This document shows positions 58,023-64,000 of a stretch of DNA of 64,000 nucleotides, piece after piece; within the stretch, counting starts at the first letter, position 1, and every line of letters begins with the position of its first letter. Origin of the DNA: Bacilli bacterium. Its GTDB lineage: Bacteria > Bacillota_I > Bacilli_A > RFN20 > CAG-826. Below the pieces are notes generated by a model. It saw only the letters and a list, made by a program, of their open reading frames with translations. It did no database searches and was not told the DNA's origin. A program made the translations under genes and the position numbers. The stretch spans positions 15,769 to 79,768 of the forward strand of contig JAFUHI010000016.1 in NCBI GenBank assembly GCA_017468925.1. The letters are read 5' to 3'.

Positions 58023-58270
58023 ATTCTAATTTTATAGGACAATAATCATTTTGATTATGCCGAATTATAGAGTCTTTTTCCATAAAGGCATATATTTTTA
58101 ACCAGTATTGAGAATATGATTTTTTGATTCAAATCAAAAAATGGCCCGTTTTAGAACGAACCATAAAAGCCATATTTATAAAAAGCTAAATTATATCTAA
58201 GAAAAAAGAACTGACACTATTGTATCAAACCCGTTGTTCTTTAATGGGTTGAGTATATCTTTTTAATACA

Positions 58271-58332
58271 ATGCATACACCCCAGCCATTTTGCATACAG
58301 CGAGGTGAATTTGCATACACCCCTTAAGTTTT
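58271..58332. repeat. 20-bp-phased direct repeats, locus B (core TGCATACACCCC)
   Basis: TGCATACACCCC at 58273, TGCATACAGCGA at 58293 and TGCATACACCCC at 58313. They lie immediately 3' of the ToxN-like ORF and about 250 bp upstream of 56757..58022. Confidence 0.75.
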
Positions 58333-58344
58333 AAAGAAAAATAG

Positions 58345-58761
58345 TTAAATTAATTTATTATCAATTAAATATTTCTCTATTTCCTTGAATGGTAAAATTG
58401 CGTCATACACCTTAGCATTTTCCTCACTTCTCAAAAACGCCTCATTGTTTTTGAAATTGTATAACTGTTTTGCTTTCTTGGTGATTTTTCCTTGATTTTC
58501 ACTAACCCATTTAAATTCATCGGAAACAATATCTTTGTATGCAGAATCAGGTTCGTTTTCAATTGAATAACCTTCAACATATTTCATTGGAATTGGAATC
58601 ATGTTAATCAATTTAATTGTGCCTAATAGTACGCGAATTCCATTTTCACCATCTTTAGTCATGTAGATGGAGAATATGGAATTCTTCTTAATTGATCCAT
58701 CTGTTTTTAAATCTTTTATTTTCGGAGAGGAAAATGGAGCATAGTAGTTAAAATTTCCCAC
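58345..58761 (-). CDS. ToxN/AbiQ-family type III toxin-like endoribonuclease (N-terminus apparently truncated or frameshifted)
   Basis: YYAPFSSPK, GTIKLINMIPIP and YKDIVSDEFKWVSENQGKITKKAKQLYN parallel ToxN YLAPLTSPK, INLKFMIPI and YKRMLYKQLQFIRANSDKIASKSDTL. The frame stays open upstream of the GTG to 58851 (..FFYENRFHRSHTRKYVGVIFTV..) with no in-frame ATG. Confidence 0.6.
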   Translation of the reverse strand: MGNFNYYAPFSSPKIKDLKTDGSIKKNSIFSIYMTKDGENGIRVLLGTIKLINMIPIPMKYVEGYSIENEPDSAYKDIVSDEFKWVSENQGKITKKAKQLYNFKNNEAFLRSEENAKVYDAILPFKEIEKYLIDNKLI

Positions 58762-58810
58762 AGTGAAAATAACACCAACATATTTTCTTGTATGAGAGCG
58801 ATGAAAACGA

Positions 58811-58886
58811 TTCTCATAAAAAAATGCTCCATTATGGCGGAGCGCACCTAGTCATAAAGCTCCTGCATTTACGGCTGAGGGTCACC
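58811..58886 (-). ncRNA. Two degenerate 38-nt tandem repeats in the ToxN-like leader (candidate ToxI-like antitoxin RNA)
   Basis: Minus strand U1 (58886-58849) is GGTGACCCTCAGCCGTAAATGCAGGAGCTTTATGACTA. U2 (58848-58811) is GGTGCGCTCCGCCATAATGGAGCATTTTTTTATGAGAA. About 27 positions align once small gaps are allowed. Confidence 0.4.
58818..58843 (-). terminator. Hairpin plus U7 between leader repeats and ToxN-like coding region
   Basis: Minus strand: GCTCC-gccataat-GGAGC-A-TTTTTTT. The upstream GGAGC in U1 could form an alternative pairing with the same GCTCC. Confidence 0.4.
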
Positions 58887-58907
58887 GGCTTATTTCTAAG
58901 CATCTAT

Positions 58908-58937
58908 ATTATCACTTGTGGCCACAGGCTATGTCAA
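58908..58937 (-). promoter_or_regulatory. Sigma-70-type promoter for the ToxN-like locus
   Basis: Minus strand: TTGACA, 18-nt spacer, GATAAT (also readable as an extended TGATAATAT). Confidence 0.5.
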
Positions 58938-59016
58938 AAAGAATATCTTTGATATTAGAAGGATTTATTAGTAAAAAGTAAGGTCTTAACTTATCTTTCG
59001 AATCTTATTTTATATT

Positions 59017-59520
59017 TTAACTATTGATTAGAAACACAAAATCAATGATAAAACATGTAACTAATAAAACAAATAAAACAAACGATAAAGCGGCTTTGAA
59101 ATAAATTTGCCTCTTTATTGTTTTAATCGCTCTAACCAAAGACATAACGCCAAGGAAACCACTTAGAAACATGAATATAAGTAGAGGCATGATTCTGGTA
59201 ATGCCAGAAGTATTTCCAACCGCGTTTATTATCCAAAGTGCAATAGAACAGCCGATTAACGCTAATGGGACTGGCAAAAACTGTTTGACTGGTTGCTCAT
59301 GAATAGGAACTCTAGCCCCTTTAATTTTAGCGTTAGCATTAGTTTTAGGAGACTCTTGATTAGCAACCGGTTTTTCTTGTTTTGGCTGTTCAGTTGGCTT
59401 TTCTTCAGCTGGTTGAGGAGCTGGTTTTTCTATAACCACTTCTTCCACTTTAGTTCCACATTTTGGGCAGAATAAGGCGTCATCACCCATAGGAGCGCCA
59501 CATTTAGTACAGTATTTCAT
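59017..59520 (-). CDS. Zinc-ribbon domain membrane protein
   Basis: 167 aa. MKYCTKCGAPMGDDALFCPKCGTKV, a P/E/Q-rich linker, then 3 TM helices. Confidence 0.65.
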   Translation of the reverse strand: MKYCTKCGAPMGDDALFCPKCGTKVEEVVIEKPAPQPAEEKPTEQPKQEKPVANQESPKTNANAKIKGARVPIHEQPVKQFLPVPLALIGCSIALWIINAVGNTSGITRIMPLLIFMFLSGFLGVMSLVRAIKTIKRQIYFKAALSFVLFVLLVTCFIIDFVFLINS

Positions 59521-59523
59521 AAA

Positions 59524-61014
59524 CTATTCTCCTCTCACCCAATGATAGGCACCATCACTATTTTGGAAATTTCCACAGCTTTTAATTGTGTAAGTATAAG
59601 TTCCTCCCAAAGTACCAAAGTTTTTAATCTCGTGCTTTGGTATTTCAATAATTAGCTTGGAACCTTGAATTTTATAAGTGCCTGACATATAGTTATCAGG
59701 GGCAAAATCACTGGCTGAAACATTATCATTGACGCGGCTAGAATAACAGGCCGTGCCATCAGATTTAACTAACCATGCAGTATAGACCACTTGGACAACC
59801 CCGCCACCACTGCGTAGTCCATCTTCTACATAATAACCATATTTGAAACAGCTAGCGCCACCGGCTCCACCAGTCATTCCACCCGCAAGACAACCTAATC
59901 CAACAACAGAAATGACCAAGGTTCCCGCTAGAGAAGCGATAATCCAAATAGGAGGTTTGCCAGATGGATGTTTTTTGGACCAAAGAATAAAGAAAGCGAT
60001 TAATCCACCAGCACCTAATACTGTAAATGTAATTCCTAAGCCAAGAGTGACATTGCCACTGTTAGTGGTAGAAGACTTAGATGGTGTTGTACTTCCTCCG
60101 CCACCGCCACCTTGATTCTCTTTATAGTTTACTTGAATAACTGGTCTGACGCCGATTTTCGGATCATCCATTAAGCACTGCGAATAAGCAACTTTTGCCC
60201 AACAAACTTGAATTCTATCGGTTTCGCTAGAAAGAGTGTTTAACCAATAACCAGCGTTAAGATAAGGAAGGCCAATGCCATGATTATAAGAACTATGACT
60301 GGTGAGATTTTTTAAAATAGCATAATCGCTGGCTTGTTTTAGATTCTTGTCTTCATAACCATCTAAATCGACATCATCTTTTTCTGGAATATCAATATGA
60401 AATTTTGTCAACCCTCCAGAACCATATGCAAGATATTTGAGATCGTCGTTAGAAAAAGACATTTCCTTGAAATTATTATTTAAATAATTAAATAAAGAGG
60501 AATGGTAATAATCGACATGTTCAGCGAGACTTTGATTATATATTTCTCTATCTAAAATATTTGTGGAAATGAGATAAGCTTTATCCGTATCATTTTTATC
60601 TATCTTTAAAAGCTGCCATTCAATAGTATTAAATTCAATGACAACGTTACTTTGACCATTATAATTGTTTATTGCTTCACCGTTAGATAATATACGACCG
60701 CTTGAACCTTCGGTATCCACTACGGCATTTTCAATGATTGCATATTTTTTATTGTGATAGGTGTAATATTTATTACCACCCGTTGTTGTCGTTACAGTTC
60801 CATTGGTTTTTATGTCATCCGCAGAAACGGTTGTCACAATATTTTGCGGATATTCACCTAATCTAACGATGCCTTCATCATCGAATTTAACATAAGAGAT
60901 ATCACTTGCCGCTTCTACTTTTTGGGCGCTATGTTTAAGTGAAGAAGATAAAAAACCTATCCCTAAAGCGGTGGTGAATATTCCAAAAAAGAATAATCCT
61001 AAACTCTTTTTCAT
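59524..61014 (-). CDS. Membrane protein with extracellular DUF6273-like domain, Gly-run linker, TM segments and a C-terminal beta-rich domain
   Basis: Start moved to the ATG at 61014 (MKKSLGLFFFG..), which has an AAAGGAGA SD. Motifs IEWQLLKIDKNDTDKAYLIS, AGYWLNTLS and IGVRPVIQV, then GGGGGGS, then 2-3 TM helices. Confidence 0.55.
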   Translation of the reverse strand: MKKSLGLFFFGIFTTALGIGFLSSSLKHSAQKVEAASDISYVKFDDEGIVRLGEYPQNIVTTVSADDIKTNGTVTTTTGGNKYYTYHNKKYAIIENAVVDTEGSSGRILSNGEAINNYNGQSNVVIEFNTIEWQLLKIDKNDTDKAYLISTNILDREIYNQSLAEHVDYYHSSLFNYLNNNFKEMSFSNDDLKYLAYGSGGLTKFHIDIPEKDDVDLDGYEDKNLKQASDYAILKNLTSHSSYNHGIGLPYLNAGYWLNTLSSETDRIQVCWAKVAYSQCLMDDPKIGVRPVIQVNYKENQGGGGGGSTTPSKSSTTNSGNVTLGLGITFTVLGAGGLIAFFILWSKKHPSGKPPIWIIASLAGTLVISVVGLGCLAGGMTGGAGGASCFKYGYYVEDGLRSGGGVVQVVYTAWLVKSDGTACYSSRVNDNVSASDFAPDNYMSGTYKIQGSKLIIEIPKHEIKNFGTLGGTYTYTIKSCGNFQNSDGAYHWVRGE

Positions 61015-61094
61015 AACTGCATATCTCCTTTCATTAAAGAAATATCTGGGCAACGATTTACCCAGACCTAAGAAGATATAATAGTTTTCTATTA

Positions 61095-61103
61095 CCCCCC
61101 CCC
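61095..61103 (-). repeat. Homopolymeric G9 (C9 on the plus strand) tract about 80 nt upstream of the start codon at 61014
   Basis: attaCCCCCCCCCgaag. It is the only G/C homopolymer of this length I noticed in the window, and it sits in an AT-rich intergenic region. Confidence 0.9.
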
Positions 61104-61309
61104 GAAGTTTTTGAATCGAGAGAGGCAAGGTAGTTGCTTATTAGTATTTTATCATAAAGATATGGACTTAATACAGGTTTTAGAAGATAAGAAAAAAGGC
61201 TGTTATAGCAATTATCTTTTAATACTTTGTATTAGTTACTTTCTATGACACATAACAAGAATTATGTGCACTTAAAATTTTACGTTATTTTAACTCGATG
61301 TTATAGATA

Positions 61310-62974
61310 TTATGCATCTTGGTAAAATCCTAAGTTCTGTTCATAGATATTTGTAACATTGTCGCTAAGAACACCATATTTGTCGGTATCATTTGAAACA
61401 TCTTCCTTTGTTGCCGTGCTTACTTCCATCACATGCAACTTTGAATCATTCGTATAGCAAACTGTCTTATACCAGAAGCCCGCTCCATAGGTTAAATCAT
61501 CTCCCAGTGAAGTTGTTTCATATGCAAACAAAACATCTGCATCGCTTCCAACTTTTGCTAAAAGATTATTTGTTCTTGATAATACATCGCTAATATCTAT
61601 AGATGTATCAATACTAATTATTTGAGTGACATTGAAGCATTGAGCATCGATATTGTATAAAGCAGAAGCAAGTTGCGTTTGTGTAGAAATTGTTTGATTC
61701 TTTATATTTGAAATGATTGTAGGACATGTAATTTCAAAAGTCTTGAATTGAGGTGTGTTAGGCATTTCTCTATTTTTGGCAAAGATGTAAAAAGTCATTT
61801 TTTCTTCGCTAATATCAATTAATTTTGTACTTCCATAAGACATTCTCGCTGAGAGCATTCCGGTAACAAGATCAACTTGATATGTGTTATTGCCTTTGAC
61901 ATAGTCTTCCCAAACGGGAAGGATGGCTGACAAATTGTATATACCATCTTGATAGATTACTTCACTATCATCGATTAAAGAAAAGACCACTTTCACATTA
62001 TCATAAGTGCAATCTGTTTTTACGCGGACTCGAACGTCATATTTGGCGTCTTTTTTAAATTCATAGACAGTTGTTGTTGTGTCAGGATAGAGCAAACTAG
62101 GTGTATGAATCACTTCAACCCAAGGTTCATTGTTAACGATTGGCCATTCGTTTTCGCACATAATTCCAAAATAATCACCGGGGTTATAATCCCATGCATA
62201 GGATAAAAACAATTTTTGTCCAGCTGTCACTTCGATATTATTGGCCTCATAATAGTCAAGTGTTCCATCAGATGTTCCTTTGGTGAAGGAAGCAAAAACA
62301 TCCCCCGCATCGTTATCACTTAAAAAATTAATGACCCACTCATCATATCGGATAAAACGCAGACTTATACCGTTTTCATAAAGCAAAAGGTCGTAATAAC
62401 CTCTGCCATATTCTTCGGAGTCGTCAAGATTGTAAATTTTCTCGTTGCCATCGCTTCCAAAACGAATAACATGGATTTCATCATCTGGCATAAAATGGAA
62501 GTTATAAATAGCTTTGATAGCATCAGAATCATCTTCGTGTGGTGTGCTTAAACGATATTGTTCTTGTTTATAATCATCAGGAAGAAAGACATCAACATCG
62601 TTCAAACGACCGTACAAATAATATTCGTATGTGATTTTATCCCATTTGGCATAGATGGTTTGGTCAGTTGCATAAGAAACATCGAAATTAAAAAGGGATG
62701 AATAACTATCATCAGTGAACCAACCACCAAAGGTGTATTCTTCTTTTTCTGGATCGTGAGGCTTTATAAATTTTTCTCCCACAACAACAGTTTGGGGAGC
62801 AATCTGGTCAACGCCTTCTCCTACTATAAATGTCGCAGTGACATAAGTTGGTATATTATCAGTACCACTTCCTGAACCATCGGGAACCATCGGATTGGTT
62901 GAGTTTTGCGCAGATGAGGTTGTGCAGCCAGCTAGAACCATTACGCTAAAGAATAATGTAATAATTTTCTTCAA
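61310..62974 (-). CDS. Surface lipoprotein with a Listeria-Bacteroides repeat
   Basis: 554 aa. TTG start with an AAAGGAGA SD. Lipobox LAGC. YTFGGWFTDDSYSSLFNFD..TIYAKW. Confidence 0.6.
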   Translation of the reverse strand: MKKIITLFFSVMVLAGCTTSSAQNSTNPMVPDGSGSGTDNIPTYVTATFIVGEGVDQIAPQTVVVGEKFIKPHDPEKEEYTFGGWFTDDSYSSLFNFDVSYATDQTIYAKWDKITYEYYLYGRLNDVDVFLPDDYKQEQYRLSTPHEDDSDAIKAIYNFHFMPDDEIHVIRFGSDGNEKIYNLDDSEEYGRGYYDLLLYENGISLRFIRYDEWVINFLSDNDAGDVFASFTKGTSDGTLDYYEANNIEVTAGQKLFLSYAWDYNPGDYFGIMCENEWPIVNNEPWVEVIHTPSLLYPDTTTTVYEFKKDAKYDVRVRVKTDCTYDNVKVVFSLIDDSEVIYQDGIYNLSAILPVWEDYVKGNNTYQVDLVTGMLSARMSYGSTKLIDISEEKMTFYIFAKNREMPNTPQFKTFEITCPTIISNIKNQTISTQTQLASALYNIDAQCFNVTQIISIDTSIDISDVLSRTNNLLAKVGSDADVLFAYETTSLGDDLTYGAGFWYKTVCYTNDSKLHVMEVSTATKEDVSNDTDKYGVLSDNVTNIYEQNLGFYQDA

Positions 62975-63370
62975 AATCGATATCTCCTTTAATATTCAAT
63001 ATTAACTCTTGTTCTATACACATAACAAGGATTATTCCTCATTGAATTAATTGTTATTAAATGAGCCATTAAGTAATGATTTAGATGCTTCATAATCATC
63101 GATGAATATGAACATTAAGCACGTTGTTAAAAACAAAAAGCGAACAAAATTAATGATTGTAGCCTATATGGAAACACATACTGTTTCACCAGAGGTTTTT
63201 CAAATAACAGGAATTATACCCTGATTTTAAGATGTCGTTATAACCACTACTATATTGAAACAGTTGAAATTAAAGAAAAAATGAGCATTTTAGCCCATTT
63301 TCTGCAACAACCCTCTATCTGTACTTTGTGTCAAAGCAATAATACTTTGGTGGCTCCATTGACCATCTAT

Positions 63371-63437
63371 GATACAAATTCGCACCCCTACAAAATTATT
63401 TGTACCCTTGCAAATTTATTCGCACCCCTGCTCTCGA
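63371..63437. repeat. 20-bp-phased direct repeats, locus C (core ATTCGCACCCCT / ATTTGTACCCTT)
   Basis: Cores start at 63381, 63401 and 63421 and are preceded by GATACAAA, as at locus A. About 400 bp upstream of 61310..62974. Confidence 0.75.
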
Positions 63438-63503
63438 AGAAAGAATTGTTTTTATTTTATAAAAGATACACTTATGATAAAGTAAAGTTGCTCGTATATT
63501 TAG

Positions 63504-63820
63504 ACCACAGGCGCTATGAACTAGCTAATAGCAAAGTCGACCATACGCAGGCACACTGTGGTAAATGAGTATGTGGGCTATCACACTACGTGTTAGGGTG
63601 TGGTGATAGGGAAAGTATTGCCCAGTAGTGATATGAGTCCTAAGGGAGGAGGTCGTAGGTAAAAGACGTCCTTAGGCACGAGAAGATCATCGCGCTCCCT
63701 ACAGTTATTTCATTTAATAATTGAGCATGTGGCCATCACAAGGATGATGTAACACCAGTAGTTACGGGACTTAGTCGATAACTACAAAAGGTGTTTTCAT
63801 TATGGTGATGGCTTTTATTA
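63504..63820 (+). ncRNA. Candidate structured RNA or 5' leader of unknown class
   Basis: No ORF on either strand. Perfect stems are ACCACAG/CTGTGGT (63504/63556), CTATCAC/GTGATAG (63578/63603) and CCTAAGG/CCTTAGG (63639/63670). A three-tier hairpin follows: GCCATCAC/GTGATGGC (63732/63805) enclosing AACACC/GGTGTT and GTAGTTA/TAACTAC. TTTTATTAT comes after it. Confidence 0.4.
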
Positions 63821-63867
63821 TCTCCTTCTGAAGGCACCACTAACGTTTATAGAAAGGAGGAATCAAT

Positions 63868-64000
63868 ATGTCTTTTAAAAACTATAATGGTCCAGATAAG
63901 TATCATTTTAGAGTTTATAAGAAAGGGAAAGGACATCCGTTTATTGTTGCAGTAGTCGAAGAAACAGAAATTGACGGAAAAATGTATATCTCTGGATACA
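63868..64000 (+). CDS. Hypothetical protein, N-terminal 44 codons (continues beyond window)
   Basis: ATG preceded by AAAGGAGG. Reads MSFKNYNGPDKYHFRVYKKGKGHPFIVAVVEETEIDGKMYISGY. Family not recognised. Confidence 0.5.
   Translation, partial: MSFKNYNGPDKYHFRVYKKGKGHPFIVAVVEETEIDGKMYISGY

Noticed and set aside
52801-58227. Similarity of about 27 bp between 52801-52827 (aaagaaaaagaactgatacattttgta) and 58198-58224 (taagaaaaaagaactgacactattgta).
   Set aside because: Both look like weak stem plus T-run terminator-like tails after minus-strand genes. The similarity is short and AT-rich and may be convergent, so I did not annotate it as a repeat family.
58840-58905. GC-richer patch upstream of the ToxN-like ORF considered as a tRNA or tRNA fragment.
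   Set aside because: There is no GTTCGAATC-like T-arm and no cloverleaf with a 7-bp acceptor stem. It is better explained by the tandem 38-nt repeats.
60095-60112. GGT/GGC-rich simple repeat (cctccgccaccgccacc).
   Set aside because: It simply encodes the GGGGGG linker of the 59524..61014 protein and is not an independent repeat element.
52304-63437. The 20-bp-phased repeats considered as a CRISPR array.
   Set aside because: There are only three copies per locus. The period of 20 bp leaves no room for spacers, there are no cas genes, and the repeats are imperfect.
63281-63568. 95-aa ORF on the plus strand.
   Set aside because: It runs straight through the 20-bp repeat locus C and into the stem-rich region. 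It has no SD and an odd composition, so it is more likely non-coding.
63504-63820. Stem-rich region considered as RNase P RNA, a T-box leader, tmRNA, 6S RNA or a group II intron fragment.
   Set aside because: It lacks GAGGAAAGUCC (P4), the T-box AGGGUGGNACCGCG, a tag ORF with a CCA end, and a domain V GAAA-capped helix. I therefore left it as an unknown class.
1-64000. Possibility of Mycoplasma-type code 4 (TGA=Trp), given the Mollicutes-like lipoprotein content.
   Set aside because: Long, motif-complete ORFs are obtained with the standard code, and at least one gene (the permease at 41873) ends in TGA directly before the next start. There is no need for recoding.

Overview
This 64-kb window looks like a low-GC Bacillota/Mollicutes-like chromosome read with the standard genetic code: long ORFs stay intact without TGA recoding. 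There are many lipobox lipoproteins and C-terminally TM-anchored surface proteins, and I saw no LPXTG motif. I call about 49 protein-coding genes, mostly on the minus strand. I found no rRNA, tRNA, CRISPR array, transposase or integrase.

Layout:
- 1-29.7 kb: mostly housekeeping and transport genes. These include a recN 3' part, a PPTase, a GAF/fRMsr protein, FNT, MATE, ClC, a beta-carbonic anhydrase, a GPH symporter, an SDR, yhhQ, PAP2, two DegV proteins, an SGNH hydrolase and an MFS transporter. A GHL6-like hydrolase and an 817-aa surface protein also sit here.
- 29.9-38.2 kb: an AT-rich accessory block. It holds two BspA-type LRR lipoproteins and a three-gene signalling module (polytopic pseudo-kinase-like sensor, histidine kinase, NarL-type response regulator).
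- About 38.2-52.2 kb: a visibly GC-richer island. It carries a paralogue of the 817-aa surface protein, an ABC sugar-uptake operon, an 840-aa lipoprotein (possible glycosidase), a 759-aa internally repetitive surface protein, an AraC regulator, and an MsmK/MalK-like ATPase with an insertion of about 115 aa.
- 52.2-64 kb: an AT-rich accessory block with decayed mobile-element genes (an ORF6N pseudogene and a zinc-ribbon remnant) and more surface or lipoproteins. It also has a second paralogous three-gene signalling module and a ToxN/AbiQ-family toxin gene. That toxin gene is preceded by a promoter, two degenerate 38-nt tandem repeats and a hairpin plus U7.

Most unusual non-coding signals:
- Three loci each carry three 20-bp-phased direct repeats with a NarL-heptamer-like ACCCCT core.
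- A stem-rich stretch of about 320 nt with no ORF lies upstream of the last, partial gene.
- A G9 tract lies upstream of a surface-protein gene.
- A pair of 43-bp direct repeats each contains a 9-bp inverted repeat.

All family assignments come from motif recognition by eye and need HMM/BLAST confirmation.
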